A DNA stretch of 64,000 nucleotides from an uncultured Candidatus Binatia bacterium (GCA_965213675.1 OZ243916.1:768001-832000); one strand, 5' to 3'; numbered from the stretch's first letter, positions 42,695-53,912 are shown. The notes: a model not told the origin generated them from the sequence alone. Program-made: numbers and translations.

Positions 42695-44833
42695 TCAAGC
42701 CTGCGTCGGCGCGGTCGCCTCCGCATCCCGATCCGGAATGGTAATCACCGGCTCCACATCGCGCAGTTCCTCCAACGGGATATGGCAGGCGATGGAGTGG
42801 CCTTCGCCGTCGAGTTGCACCGGAGGGGGCTCGTTGTCGCAAATGCTGCCGACCTTGCGCTGACAACGGGTGGAGAACGGGCAACCCTTCGGTGGGTTCA
42901 GCGGGCTGGGGAGGTTGCCTTCCAGCACGATGCGGCGTTTCTCCACCTCGGGGTCGGCGATGGGAACGGCGGACAGCAACGCCTCGGTGTAGGGGTGGTA
43001 CGGCGGCGCGAAGACTTCGTCCGTGGTGCCCCGTTCCATGATCTGGCCCAGGTACATGACCACGATGCGGTCCGCGAGGTAGCGCACCGCGGAGAGGTCG
43101 TGGCTGATGAACAGGAGCGTGGTGCGGTGCTCGCGCTGGATGTCCATCAGCAGTTCGGTGACGGCCGCGGCCACGGATACGTCGAGGGCGGAGATGGGCT
43201 CGTCGGCGATGACGGTCTTGGGGTTGCCGGCGAAGGCGCGGGCGATGCCCACCCGTTGCTTCTGGCCGCCGGAGAGTTGGCGTGGCTTGCGCGCGGCAAA
43301 GGCGCGCGGCAGCTTCACGGTGTCCAGCAGCTTGTAGACCCGTTCCTGGACCCTGGCCGGATCGGACTCGATGCCGAAGCGCTTGATGACCCGGCCGATC
43401 TGGTAGCCGACGCTGTGGGACGGATTGAGGGTGTCGTTGGGGTTCTGGAAGACCATCTGCAGGGACGCGAGCTGTTCGGGAGTGCGCTTCTTGACCTCGA
43501 TGCTGCCGAGGTCCGTGCCATCCAGGCGCACTTCGCCTTCCGTGGCGGTCTCCAGCCCCATGAGCACCTTGGCGAAAGTGGACTTGCCGCAGCCCGACTC
43601 GCCGACGATGGCTACGGTCTCCCCTTCCCCGGCGTCGAAACTGATGCTCTCGTTGGCCTTGACCTGCCGCGGCGAGCCGCTGGACACGAGCGCCCCCAAG
43701 GTGCTCTCCCTGACCTCGTAATACTTGCGCATGTTGTCGACTTCGAGCACGGTGTCGCCCACCTCGATGGGCTCGCGGGTGCTCTCGACCTGACGGGCTT
43801 CGTCGTGGTCGATCTCGTTCCAGCGCAGGCAGCGCACCCGGTGGGCGGGATCGTCGTCGGTGAAGACCGCGTCCATGGGGATGTGGTCGCTGTCGCAGCG
43901 TCCGTCCTGGAAGAACTCGCAGCGCGGCCCGAAATAGCAGCCACTGGGGCGCTGGTGCGGTAGCGGGAGCTGGCCCTTGATGGCGTTCAGCGGCCGCGCG
44001 TTCTTGTCCGCGTGGGGCAGCGGGATGCAACCGAACAGGCCGTGGGTATAGGGATGCTTGGGCCAGGAGAAAATCGAGCTGATGTGCCCCTCTTCCACCA
44101 CCTCGCCGGAATACATGACGCAGATGCGGTCGCACACCTCGAGCATCAGACCGAGGTTATGGGAGATGTAGAGCAGCGACGTGCCCGACTCCTTGCTCAA
44201 CTCGGCGATGAGCTCCACGATGCCCGCCTCCACGGTCACGTCCAGCGCCGTGGTGGGCTCGTCCAGGAGCAGCAGCGCCGGCCGGGACAGAAGCGCCATG
44301 GCGATGACCACGCGCTGCTGCTGGCCCCCGGACACTTGGTGCGGATACGAGTCCATCAGGCGCTTCGGATCCGGGATATGCACGGCGGACAGCATGTCGA
44401 AGGAGCGCTGGAACGCCTCTTCCTCGCTCACGTCCTCGTGGATCATGGGCACTTCCATGAGCTGGGCGGCGATGGTCAGGCTGGGATTGAGCGCGGCCAT
44501 GGGCTCCTGGTAGATCATGGCGATGTCCTTGCCGCGCACCCGCCGGATCTCATCCTCGGTCAGGTCCGCCATGTCCTGGCCCTGGAACTTGATGGTGCCG
44601 CCGACGATGCCGCCGTTCTTGCCCATGTAGCGCATGATGCCGTTGGCCACCGTGGACTTGCCGCACCCGGACTCGCCCACCAGCCCCACCGATTCGCCCT
44701 TGGCGATGGTAAGGTCGAAGTCCATCACCGCCGGAATCTCCCCGGCCCGCGTGTAGTAGCTCAGCCGCAGGCCCGAAATCTCCAGGACCGGCGTCTCGCC
44801 GCTGCCGTTGCCCTTGCCGTTGTGATCAGCCAT
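42695..44833 (-). CDS. Fused Dpp/Opp-type ABC ATPase (two NBDs)
   Basis: GESGCGKST twice, SGGQ.QR twice, HPYT, GCPF..RC. Confidence 0.95.
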   Translation of the reverse strand: MADHNGKGNGSGETPVLEISGLRLSYYTRAGEIPAVMDFDLTIAKGESVGLVGESGCGKSTVANGIMRYMGKNGGIVGGTIKFQGQDMADLTEDEIRRVRGKDIAMIYQEPMAALNPSLTIAAQLMEVPMIHEDVSEEEAFQRSFDMLSAVHIPDPKRLMDSYPHQVSGGQQQRVVIAMALLSRPALLLLDEPTTALDVTVEAGIVELIAELSKESGTSLLYISHNLGLMLEVCDRICVMYSGEVVEEGHISSIFSWPKHPYTHGLFGCIPLPHADKNARPLNAIKGQLPLPHQRPSGCYFGPRCEFFQDGRCDSDHIPMDAVFTDDDPAHRVRCLRWNEIDHDEARQVESTREPIEVGDTVLEVDNMRKYYEVRESTLGALVSSGSPRQVKANESISFDAGEGETVAIVGESGCGKSTFAKVLMGLETATEGEVRLDGTDLGSIEVKKRTPEQLASLQMVFQNPNDTLNPSHSVGYQIGRVIKRFGIESDPARVQERVYKLLDTVKLPRAFAARKPRQLSGGQKQRVGIARAFAGNPKTVIADEPISALDVSVAAAVTELLMDIQREHRTTLLFISHDLSAVRYLADRIVVMYLGQIMERGTTDEVFAPPYHPYTEALLSAVPIADPEVEKRRIVLEGNLPSPLNPPKGCPFSTRCQRKVGSICDNEPPPVQLDGEGHSIACHIPLEELRDVEPVITIPDRDAEATAPTQA

Positions 44834-44916
44834 TGCGTGTCTCCCAAATCGTGCCGAGTTGGCGTCCTTCGCTGCACCTGAGTCCGTCGACGAGGCGCCA
44901 GCTCGAGCCCTCCGGA

Positions 44917-45810
44917 TCAGTCTCTCAGCGATACTTCCCGCAGCCCGTCGGCCAGGAGGTTGAAGCCCAGCACCAGCAGCGACACCGCGCACGCCGGCAT
45001 GATCGCCATGTGCGGGAAGCCGCCGGTGACGAAGGCGCGGGTCTCGGTGATCATGCCGCCCCAGTCGGGATCCGGCGGCGGCAGTCCCAGGCCCAGGAAG
45101 CCGAGGGCGCCGATGGTGATGGTCGTGTAGCCCATGCGCAGGCAGAAATCGACGATGAGCGGACTGCGCGCGTTGGGCAGAATCTCCACCAGCATGATGT
45201 ACCAGGGGCCCTCGCCGCGGGTCTGCGAAGCGGCAATGTAGTCGCGGGTGGCGATGTCCATGGTGACCCCGCGCACGATGCGCATGATGCCCGGCGACGA
45301 CGCGAACACCACCGCGAAGATGATGTTGAGTCCGGACGCGCCCAGCTTGGCGATGATCAGCACGTACAGCACCATGATGGGAAACGACAGGATCACGTTG
45401 GCGAAGAACGAGATGATCTCGTCCAGGTAGCCGCGGAAATAGCCGGCCGCCAGACCCATGATGATGCCGACGATGTAGGCCGACACGGTTGCCGCGGTGG
45501 CGTAGAACAGAACCCGCTGCCCGCCCCAGATGATGCGGGAAAGGATGTCCCGGCCGAGATGGTCGGTCCCCAAGAGGAATACGCCGCCGTCCGGAGCGGC
45601 GGTTCCCGGGAAGGCAAAGGGCAGTATGGTGGCGTTGGGATCGAAGGGCGACACCAGCGGCGCGAAGATCGCGAGCAGGATGAACAGCAGGACGATGAGC
45701 GCGCCGATGAGGCCCACTGGGCTCTCGCGCAGAAGAGCCACCGCCTTGAAGATGTTCACGATGCTCGAATCCGGTCTTACGAGAGGTGTATTTTCGGTAT
45801 TCGTGGCCAT
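44917..45810 (-). CDS. Dpp/Opp ABC permease (DppC-like)
   Basis: LLGTDHLGRDILSRII, LGFLGLGLPPP.PDWG. Confidence 0.95.
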   Translation of the reverse strand: MATNTENTPLVRPDSSIVNIFKAVALLRESPVGLIGALIVLLFILLAIFAPLVSPFDPNATILPFAFPGTAAPDGGVFLLGTDHLGRDILSRIIWGGQRVLFYATAATVSAYIVGIIMGLAAGYFRGYLDEIISFFANVILSFPIMVLYVLIIAKLGASGLNIIFAVVFASSPGIMRIVRGVTMDIATRDYIAASQTRGEGPWYIMLVEILPNARSPLIVDFCLRMGYTTITIGALGFLGLGLPPPDPDWGGMITETRAFVTGGFPHMAIMPACAVSLLVLGFNLLADGLREVSLRD

Positions 45811-45820
45811 GTTCCCCTCC

Positions 45821-46753
45821 TCACTTGAACCGGATTCGCGGGTTCAGGTAGGTGTACCCGACATCGCCGATGGTCTGGGTAAAGACCGCCACGAACACCG
45901 CCGCCAGGCCACAGGCCTCGATGACGAAGATGTCGCGCCGCAGCGCCGCCTCCAGCAGCAGCGCGCCGAAGCCCTTGTAGCCGAAGGCGAACTCCGTCAC
46001 CACCACGCCGGACAAGAGCCAGTTGATCTGCAGCATGATGACCGTGAACGGCGCGATCAGGGCGTTGCGCAGGGCGTGCTTCATGATGATATGCCGGTAG
46101 GGCAGCCCCTTGAGCATGGCCGTGCGGATGTAGGGGTTGGTCATCACCTCCGCCATGGACGCGCGCGTCATGCGCGCCACGTAGCCGAAACCGTACAGTG
46201 TCAGCACCATCACGGGCAGGATCAACTCGACGAAATTGAACCCTCCGGTCATGGACGAGGTCCCCGGCAGCCAGCCCAGCCAGAAAACGAAGATCCAGGC
46301 CAACAGCACCGCGCTGGCGTATTCCGGGATCGAGGTCGTGGTGATGGAGAAGACCGAGATGGCCCGATCCTGAGCCGAGCCTTCCTTCATGCCCGCCAGC
46401 ACCCCGAGGGTCAGGGCCACCACCACCATGACGACGAACGTGATGCCGGCGAGGATCCCGGTATTGCCAAGCCGGTCCCAGAAGATCTCGTTCACCGGCC
46501 GTTTGTAGATGATGGAGTCACCCAGGTCGCCGGACAGCACCCGCCCGATCCAATCGACATAGCGCACCAGGATCGGCCGGTCGTAGCCATGCTCCGCGAT
46601 CCAGGCGTCGAGTTGCTGGGCCTGAGCGTAGGGCCCGAGAACGCTGCGGGCGATCAACCGCGGGTCGCCCTCGTTCATGAGAAACAGAAGCAGCGAGACC
46701 GTGAGCATGATGAGGAGCATCATGCTCACGCGCCGCAGAATCAGTTGTGACAT
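45821..46753 (-). CDS. Dpp/Opp ABC permease (DppB-like)
   Basis: GDLGDS, YIRTAMLKGL..KHALRNAL. Confidence 0.95.
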   Translation of the reverse strand: MSQLILRRVSMMLLIMLTVSLLLFLMNEGDPRLIARSVLGPYAQAQQLDAWIAEHGYDRPILVRYVDWIGRVLSGDLGDSIIYKRPVNEIFWDRLGNTGILAGITFVVMVVVALTLGVLAGMKEGSAQDRAISVFSITTTSIPEYASAVLLAWIFVFWLGWLPGTSSMTGGFNFVELILPVMVLTLYGFGYVARMTRASMAEVMTNPYIRTAMLKGLPYRHIIMKHALRNALIAPFTVIMLQINWLLSGVVVTEFAFGYKGFGALLLEAALRRDIFVIEACGLAAVFVAVFTQTIGDVGYTYLNPRIRFK

Positions 46754-46939
46754 TTCAAGTCTCCGATGCTCGCGGTTCGCGCGCGCAATCCCGGTCAGCC
46801 GCGAGGGGCGCACGGGCAGGGGCGGCCCGCCGGCCGCCCCCGCAGCCATTCCCCTGCTTCCGGCGATCCCCCGTATCCGAGGGCGCGGGCAGGGGCGACC
46901 GGCCGGTCACCCCTGCAGGATCCGTCGCAGCGTAGACTC

Positions 46940-48673
46940 TCAACCTTCCAGCCAGATGTTCTGAAACTGGTGGTACAGCGTTGGATGCGTCTGATGCCCC
47001 TTGACCCGCTTGTTGGCCGCCTTGAAGACCGAGCGCCAGAAGGGCTGCGGGATGATGGCGTCGTCCTGGAGGATCTTCTCGCACACGGCCATCTTCTTCT
47101 TGCGTTCGTTGACATCGAGGGTGGCCTCGGCGGCGTCGAGGGCGGCGTCGAACTCGGGGTTGTTGTAGGCGGCCTCGTTCCATGGCACGCCGGAGCGGTA
47201 GCCCAGACCGAGAACCATGGTGCCGAGGGGGCGGTGCGTCCACGCGGTGTAACCCCAGGGCGCCTTGTCCCATACGTCCCAGTACTGGTTGGCGGGCATC
47301 TTGTTGATCTTGAGGTTGATGCCCGCGGGCGCGAGCTGATTCTTGAAGATGGCGCAAACGTCGGTCATCCACGGCCCTTCGGTATCGCCGTTGGCGATTT
47401 CGACGGTGATGCCGTCCTTGTAGCCGGCTTCGGCCAGGAGCTTCTTGGCCTTTTCGATATCCCGCTTGAGCGGCGGCAGCGCCGCGTAGTCGGGATGGAT
47501 GGGGCAGACGTGGTGATTCTCCGCCACCTGACCGAGGCCCTTGAACGCCTTGTCCAGGAGTTCCTTGTGGTCCATGCACGCGGCGATGGCCTGACGCAGC
47601 TTGATGTTGTCGAAGGGTTTTTCCGTGACGCGGAACCGCATGACCGCGGTCTGCGCCGTGGTCGCCTCGTGAAGTTCCACGAAGGGCAGGCGCTTGACCG
47701 TCTCGATGGCGTTGTTGGGCAGCCGGAAGACCATGTCCACCTGCTGTGACGCCAGCGCCGCGATCCAGGCATTGGTATCCTCGCCATGGTCGAAATACTG
47801 GATCTCATCCAGGTAGAACGGCCCGGCCCACCAATCCCGCGCCTTCTTGAGAATGGCCCTCTCGCCGACGGCGAACGACTCCAGCTTCATCGGACCGGTG
47901 CCGATGGGATTCCTGGACAGGTCGGCGGGGTAGTCCTTGCCGAATCCGCGATGGACGATGGCGGCCGGGTAGTTGTAGAAATTTTCCGGCATGGCCAGGG
48001 CGGGCTGCCTCAGATTGAACTTGATGGTGTGGTCGTCGATGACCTCCACGGCGCCCGCAATGCCCCGCTTGATCTCCTTTCCATCGGCTCCCTTGACGGT
48101 CTCCACCATGGCGGCGAACAGCCCCAGGTTGGAGGAGCCGGTCTTGGGGTCCAGCCACCGGTTCACGGTGTGCGCCACGTCCGTGGAGGTGAACTTGTCG
48201 CCGTTGGACCAGGTCACGTCGTCCCGGAGGTGAAACACCCAGGACTTGAGGTCGTCCGACGCCTCCCAGCTCTTGGCGAGGTAGGGAACCGTCACGTTGT
48301 CCGCCCGGGTCCGGGTCAGGTGCTCCACGATGAAGCGCGCGACGTTGGATTTCTCGGTCCAGTCGAAGGTCGCCGGATCGGTCACTTCCTGAATGCGCAT
48401 GGACACCCGCAAGGCGCCGCCGGGTTTCGGGGTTGCTGCCGCCACGGTGGGCGTGAACGACCCGCCGACGAGCTTGTCGACCATGGCGTAGGCGCCGCCC
48501 ACGGTCACGCCGAGCAGCGCCGCCTGGCGCAGAAAATCGCGCCGGCCGATCTTCCGCGTGCGGAGTTGGTCGCACAACTCCGGCATGTAGCTGTGGGTTT
48601 CGGCTCCGAGGGCGCGCTCCGACGGCAGCGTGTAGCGCCGTGCGTCCCGGTTCAGGACTTTCTTGTCGCTCAT
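46940..48673 (-). CDS. Family 5 ABC substrate-binding protein, Tat-exported
   Basis: IGRRDFLR Tat motif, PYLAKSWE, PIGTGPM, KPFDN.KLRQA. Confidence 0.93.
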   Translation of the reverse strand: MSDKKVLNRDARRYTLPSERALGAETHSYMPELCDQLRTRKIGRRDFLRQAALLGVTVGGAYAMVDKLVGGSFTPTVAAATPKPGGALRVSMRIQEVTDPATFDWTEKSNVARFIVEHLTRTRADNVTVPYLAKSWEASDDLKSWVFHLRDDVTWSNGDKFTSTDVAHTVNRWLDPKTGSSNLGLFAAMVETVKGADGKEIKRGIAGAVEVIDDHTIKFNLRQPALAMPENFYNYPAAIVHRGFGKDYPADLSRNPIGTGPMKLESFAVGERAILKKARDWWAGPFYLDEIQYFDHGEDTNAWIAALASQQVDMVFRLPNNAIETVKRLPFVELHEATTAQTAVMRFRVTEKPFDNIKLRQAIAACMDHKELLDKAFKGLGQVAENHHVCPIHPDYAALPPLKRDIEKAKKLLAEAGYKDGITVEIANGDTEGPWMTDVCAIFKNQLAPAGINLKINKMPANQYWDVWDKAPWGYTAWTHRPLGTMVLGLGYRSGVPWNEAAYNNPEFDAALDAAEATLDVNERKKKMAVCEKILQDDAIIPQPFWRSVFKAANKRVKGHQTHPTLYHQFQNIWLEG

Positions 48674-48911
48674 GAATGTAACCTCCGTTTAACTCGACTG
48701 CCGGGCGGGTCCCCGGGCGGGATGCCGCGGGACGATGGCAAGGATGGGCGCCGGACCCTATCCCCACAGCCCGTCAGACCACTGCAACAAAAGCCGTAAC
48801 CCTATTTCACCTTCGGTGTGGAATGCAACCCTGTTACTTGAAATGCTCCCGGCCATTTTCTGCGGCTCCCGTGTCCTGTCCGGCGGACAGGTGTGATAAG
48901 ATGCGCGCGTC

Positions 48912-51173
48912 ATGCGAACGTCGGACGGTCACCGCGGGCTACATACCATCGGACAGGCAACGCCCTTGGTGGAGGGGGCGGCCAAGGTCACCGCCGAGGC
49001 CCGCTACCTCGAGGACCTGCACGCCACGGGAATGCTCTACGGCAAGATCTGCCGGAGTCCCCTGCCCCACGCCCGGATCCTCGACATCGACACTGCGGCG
49101 GCGGAACGGCTGCCCGGGGTCGTCTCGGTCATTACCGCGCGGGACATGCCCGACATCAGGTTCAGCTTCGTCCCGGAGTTCGCGGACAAGACGCCGCTGT
49201 GTGCGCCCGGCCGCACAGTGCGCTACGCGGGCGACGAAGTGGCCGCGGTGGCGGCGCTGGACGAAGCCACCGCCGAGGAGGCCGCGCGCCTCATCGAGGT
49301 GTCGTACGAGCCCCTGGAGCCGGTGCTGGACGTGGCTGCGGCCCTGTCTCCGGACTCCCCCGCGGTCCACGACGGCGGCAACCTCGCCTACGAGGTGCAC
49401 AAGGCGGAGGGCGATGTCGAGGCGGCGTTCGCCGGCTGCGACCTGGTGCTGGAAGAAGAGTTCGAGACCACGCGCCAGTCCCACGCGGTCATGGAGACCC
49501 GCGGTTGCATCGCCCAGTACGGCGCCACCGGGCAGCTCACCGTGTGGCACCAGACCCAGGCGCCGCACACCTTGCGCGCCGAGATCGCCCGCTCCCTGGG
49601 GATTTCCCAGCGGAACGTGCGTGTCATCCAACCCGAGACCGGCGGCGGCTTTGGCGCCCGGCTGGTGATGAACGTGATGGCGCCCATTGCCGCGATCCTG
49701 TCGCGCAAGTCCGGCGGCCGGCCCGTGCGCATCGTCAACACCCGGGACGAGGAGTTCCGCTGCGCCGGCGCGCGCTACGCCTACCGCTTCAAGCTCAGGC
49801 TGGGCTGCACGAAGGACGGCGTCATCCGCGCCAAGCATCTGGAGGTGCTGGGCGACAACGGCGCCTACAACGACAAGGGCATCTCCACCATCAACTTCAT
49901 CACCATGACCTTCTTCTCGAGCTACGACCGCCACCACCCGGCCACCTCGGTGGACGCCCGGCTCGTCTACACCAACAAGCCGCCCGGCGGCGCCTTCCGG
50001 GGCTTCGGGCACGCCGAGGAGACCTTCGCCTTCGAGTCCATTCTGGAAACCATGGCCCGGCGGCTGGACCTGGACCCGGTGACGATGCGCGCCGAGAACC
50101 TGAGGCGCCCGTGCGAACGCGCCTGCCTGGAGCGCGCCACCGAAGTGATGCGGCCGGGCAAGGGAAGCGCCGAAGGCACGACGCGCACCGGCATCGGCAT
50201 GGCGGTCCTTTCCGAAACCGGCGCGGGCTTGCGCTACTACCGGCAGAACTCCACCGAGGCCATCGTCAAGGTGGACCGGGACGGCAGCGTGGCCCTCATC
50301 GCCACCATCGCCGACACCGGCACCGGCACCCGCACGGTGATGGCGCAGATCGCCGCCGAGGAGCTGGGCGTGTCCGTGGACCGCATCCGCATCTTCCACA
50401 ACGACACCGACGTGATCCCCTTCGACCTGGGCACCTGGGCCAGCCGCACCACCTACGTATGCGGCAACGCCGTGGCCGCGGCCGCCGCCGACGCGCGCCG
50501 GCGCCTGGCGGAGGTGGCCGGCGGCATGCTGCGCGCGGCGCCCGAGACGCTGGAATTCGGCAACGACCGCGTGGCCGCCACGGTGGAGCCCGGCGGCGAG
50601 GTGGGTTTCGATGACGTGGTGCGGGAGGCCTACGACCGGCAAGGCCTCCTCATCATCGGCAAGGGCGCCTTCGTGGACGAGGAGGCCACCCGGTTCGTGA
50701 CCAATGACTACGAGGCAGCGGCCCCGGTCATCGCCGCGTGCTGCCATGTCGTCGAGGTGCGGGTGGACATGGAGACCGGCGCGGTGGAGTTGCTGCGCTA
50801 CCTGGCGGTGCACGACGTCGGCAAGGCCATCAACCCCTTGGGTCTTCAGGGCCAGATCGAGGGCGGCCTCACACAGGGGCTCGGCTATGCTCTGTACGAA
50901 GACCTGACAGTGGACGGCGGCCAGGTGCTGAACCCGAACTTCGTGGACTACCGCGTCCCCACTTTCGGCACCATGCCCAAGCGTCTGGAGACCGCTTTCG
51001 TAGAAGGCGATCCCTCCGAAGGCCCCTACGGCGCCAAGGGCGTCGGCGAGCTGCCTTTCGGCCCTGCAGCCCCCGCCATCGCCAACGCCGTCTACAACGC
51101 CGTGGGGGTGCGTCTGAAGACCCTGCCCATGACACCGGAGCGGATCTTGCGCGCCTTGAAGGAACTCCCATGA
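48912..51173 (+). CDS. Xanthine dehydrogenase-family molybdopterin-binding subunit (HcrA/CoxL-like)
   Basis: AKVT.EARY, RSPLPHARI, GGGFGAR, FRGFG, ASRTT, GQIEGG, AKGVGE. Confidence 0.93.
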   Translation: MRTSDGHRGLHTIGQATPLVEGAAKVTAEARYLEDLHATGMLYGKICRSPLPHARILDIDTAAAERLPGVVSVITARDMPDIRFSFVPEFADKTPLCAPGRTVRYAGDEVAAVAALDEATAEEAARLIEVSYEPLEPVLDVAAALSPDSPAVHDGGNLAYEVHKAEGDVEAAFAGCDLVLEEEFETTRQSHAVMETRGCIAQYGATGQLTVWHQTQAPHTLRAEIARSLGISQRNVRVIQPETGGGFGARLVMNVMAPIAAILSRKSGGRPVRIVNTRDEEFRCAGARYAYRFKLRLGCTKDGVIRAKHLEVLGDNGAYNDKGISTINFITMTFFSSYDRHHPATSVDARLVYTNKPPGGAFRGFGHAEETFAFESILETMARRLDLDPVTMRAENLRRPCERACLERATEVMRPGKGSAEGTTRTGIGMAVLSETGAGLRYYRQNSTEAIVKVDRDGSVALIATIADTGTGTRTVMAQIAAEELGVSVDRIRIFHNDTDVIPFDLGTWASRTTYVCGNAVAAAAADARRRLAEVAGGMLRAAPETLEFGNDRVAATVEPGGEVGFDDVVREAYDRQGLLIIGKGAFVDEEATRFVTNDYEAAAPVIAACCHVVEVRVDMETGAVELLRYLAVHDVGKAINPLGLQGQIEGGLTQGLGYALYEDLTVDGGQVLNPNFVDYRVPTFGTMPKRLETAFVEGDPSEGPYGAKGVGELPFGPAAPAIANAVYNAVGVRLKTLPMTPERILRALKELP

Positions 51174-51293
51174 ACCGCGGGAATGACGGTTCGTGGGGTG
51201 GTTGCCTCTCCCGGATGGAGTTTCGACGCGACCTGTGCCGCGGGGCGGGATGCAGCCTTTCGCGGCATGGAGACTCGCGCACGGTGATGGACG

Positions 51294-52268
51294 ATGCGTG
51301 ATCTACCCACGAGATGGGGACTCAGCCTCCCCAACCGCGGCGTGCTGTTCGGCCTCACGACGGCCGAGGACCTTTTCGCCTCCGCCGCCCTCGCCGAGAA
51401 GTCCGGCGTCTTTGAGTCGGTCTGGGTGGGCGACAGCTTCATCCACAAGCCCAGGCTCGATTCCATCGTGATGCTGTCGAACCTCGCCGCGCGCACGGAG
51501 CGGGTGCGGCTCGGCACCATTTGCATGGCCACCTTCCCCTTGCGCCATCCGGTGGAGCTGGCGATCCAATGGGCGAGCCTGGACCATGTTTCAGGGGGCC
51601 GTACGGTGCTCGGCGCCTGCATCGGCGGCGGCCACGAGCCCGAGCTGCGCGCCTTCGGGCAGACCTCCAGGGAGCGGGCGGCCCGGCTGGAAGAAGGGAT
51701 CGCGCTGCTGCGCGCCATGTGGAGCGACGGCAAGACGCATCACCGGGGGCGCTTCTACACCCTGGAGGACTACGAAATCCTGCCCAAGCCGGTGCAGCGC
51801 CCGTGCCCCATCTGGATCGCGGTGAACCCGCGCCGGCCTCTGCAAGGCAGTCCGCTGGTGGCGCGCGCGCTGGAGCGCGTGATCCGGCTGGGCGACGGCT
51901 ACATGACCGACGCGGTGGCGCCCGACGAGTTTCGCCGCCGCTGGGCGTTCATGCAGGAGGCGGCAGAGCGCCAGGGCCGCGACCTCAGCGCCTTCGAGAC
52001 CTGCATCCACGGCATGATCCACATCAACGAGGACAAGCGGGCGGCCTACGAGCAATCGAAGCACTACTTCCAGGAGTACTATCCGCTGGCGCCGCCCAGC
52101 GACGAGGTCATCCGCACCTGGCTCGCCTACGGCGCGCCGGAGGAGTGCGCGGCGCGGCTGCGGGAGTGGCTGGACATGGGCATCAGCACGCCCGTGCTGC
52201 GCTTTACCGGACACGACCAGTTGGCGCAGATCCGCCGCTTCACGGAAGAGGTCCTGCCTTTGGTGTGA
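51294..52268 (+). CDS. LLM-class flavin-dependent oxidoreductase
   Basis: SVWVGDS, TERVRLGT, LDHVSGGR..LG, PKPVQRP.PIW. Confidence 0.92.
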   Translation: MRDLPTRWGLSLPNRGVLFGLTTAEDLFASAALAEKSGVFESVWVGDSFIHKPRLDSIVMLSNLAARTERVRLGTICMATFPLRHPVELAIQWASLDHVSGGRTVLGACIGGGHEPELRAFGQTSRERAARLEEGIALLRAMWSDGKTHHRGRFYTLEDYEILPKPVQRPCPIWIAVNPRRPLQGSPLVARALERVIRLGDGYMTDAVAPDEFRRRWAFMQEAAERQGRDLSAFETCIHGMIHINEDKRAAYEQSKHYFQEYYPLAPPSDEVIRTWLAYGAPEECAARLREWLDMGISTPVLRFTGHDQLAQIRRFTEEVLPLV

Positions 52269-52369
52269 CCGGCGGAACCGCGCGGGTCGGTGGAAACCCA
52301 CGCTGCCGCGGCAGGGACGCCGCGCAGGCCGGCCGGCGGCTGCACGATGCGGGACGAAAGAGGCTACCC

Positions 52370-53755
52370 ATGAATCCTGACTTGAGAACGTTCCTTCAGG
52401 CGGTGCGGGAAACCGGACCGGACAACTACGTCGAGGTGACCCAACCGCTGGACCCCCACCTGGAGATCGGCGTCATTCAGCACAAGCTCGCGGCCGAGGG
52501 GCGCAACCCGGTGATCTACTGCCCCGAGATCAAGGGCAGCACGCTGCCGCTGGTCACCAACATGTTCGGCTCCTTCGAGCTCCTGGCCTGGGGGCTGGGC
52601 TGTGACCCCCGGCGCATGACCCGGGTGGAGATCTACGATGTGCTGCGCGAGAAGCTGGCCCAGCGCAAGGAGCCGGTATGGGTGGACGCGGCGACGGCCC
52701 CGGTCAAGGAAAGGAAGTTCGTCGGCGACGACGTGGACCTGGGCATGCTGCCCGTCATCCACAACTCGAAGCTGGATGCGGGAAAGTACATCAGCGCGGG
52801 CTTCATGATCGCCCGCTGGCCGGACACGGGGGTCCCCAACGCGGGCATCTACCGCCACCTGGTCATGGGACGCAACCGCCTCGGCTGCATGATCAATCCG
52901 GGCAACGACGGCGCCTACATCGCCCGGCGCTGCGCGGAACTGGGGCGGCCCATGGAGATCGCCCTGGTCATCGGCCACCACTCCGCGGTGTTGCAGGCGT
53001 CCCAGGCCAAGGGAGTGGTGGAGTTCGATCTCATGGGCGGCTATCTGGGCGAGCCGCTGGAAGTGGTCCAGGGCGAGACCGTGGACGTGCCGGTCCCCGC
53101 CCAGGCGGAAATCGTCATCGAAGGGACCATCGACGCCGGCGCCATGGCCACCGACGGCCCCTACGCCGAGTACCTGGGCTACTACGGCGTGGGCGACAAG
53201 CCTTGCTACGTCATTGACGTGAGCGCCATCACCCTGCGCGGGGACGCCGTCTATCATCATCTGGACTCGGCCCACATCGAGCACAACCTGGCGCCCAACG
53301 TGAGCGCCGAGATGAGCATGTACGACCGCCTGCGATCCCAGTTCCCCACCCTCAAGGCGGTGAACATCATGGGATGGCTGGGCACCTACGTTTCGCTGCA
53401 ACAGCGCGTCCCCGGCGAGGGCCGGCAGGCCGGGCTGGTGGCCGTGGCCACGGACAACTATGGCAAGACCGCGGTGGTGGTGGACGACGACGTGGACGTC
53501 TACAACGAGCGCGAGGTGGCCTGGGCCATCAGCACGCGCATGGTGGCCGACCAGGATCTGCTGATCCTGCCGGGGGTCAAGGGCGCGCACCTCGATCCGG
53601 TGTCCTACAACGAGGCGCGCACCGGCCGCGGCCCCATGACCACGCACCTGGTCATCGACGCCACCCGCCCGGTGGAAAAGGAATTCGAGACCCGCATCGA
53701 GCCCGATCCGGAGCTGTGGCGCACCATGGATCTGAAGGACTATCTGAAACCGTGA
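52370..53755 (+). CDS. UbiD family (prFMN-dependent) decarboxylase
   Basis: DLRTFL, DAGKYI, NAGIYR, AEIVIEG, DGPYAEYLGYY, VVVDDDVD, IDAT; start ATG at 52370. Confidence 0.93.
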   Translation: MNPDLRTFLQAVRETGPDNYVEVTQPLDPHLEIGVIQHKLAAEGRNPVIYCPEIKGSTLPLVTNMFGSFELLAWGLGCDPRRMTRVEIYDVLREKLAQRKEPVWVDAATAPVKERKFVGDDVDLGMLPVIHNSKLDAGKYISAGFMIARWPDTGVPNAGIYRHLVMGRNRLGCMINPGNDGAYIARRCAELGRPMEIALVIGHHSAVLQASQAKGVVEFDLMGGYLGEPLEVVQGETVDVPVPAQAEIVIEGTIDAGAMATDGPYAEYLGYYGVGDKPCYVIDVSAITLRGDAVYHHLDSAHIEHNLAPNVSAEMSMYDRLRSQFPTLKAVNIMGWLGTYVSLQQRVPGEGRQAGLVAVATDNYGKTAVVVDDDVDVYNEREVAWAISTRMVADQDLLILPGVKGAHLDPVSYNEARTGRGPMTTHLVIDATRPVEKEFETRIEPDPELWRTMDLKDYLKP

Positions 53756-53810
53756 TGGCGCGGCGCACGGGAGATTCGCATCGCAGGTGGCGCGAAATCC
53801 CCATCCGGCA

Positions 53811-53839
53811 TTGACAAGGAATAACGCACGCACTAGTAT
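53811..53839 (+). promoter_or_regulatory. Sigma70-type promoter of the ABC operon
   Basis: TTGACA-N17-TAGTAT, about 75 nt before an AGGAGG-ATG. Confidence 0.7.
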
Positions 53840-53912
53840 TCGTCGTTCCGCAAGGGCGGGAACGGCATTTGTTGGCTGCCCGTGAAGCGGCAACCCGTCA
53901 AAGGAGGAAAGA

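Noticed and set aside
51521-52369. 744-aa LLM-UbiD fusion suggested by the ORF track
   Set aside because: The upstream part is an off-frame overlap with the LLM gene. UbiD starts at ATG 52370 behind an AGAGG RBS.
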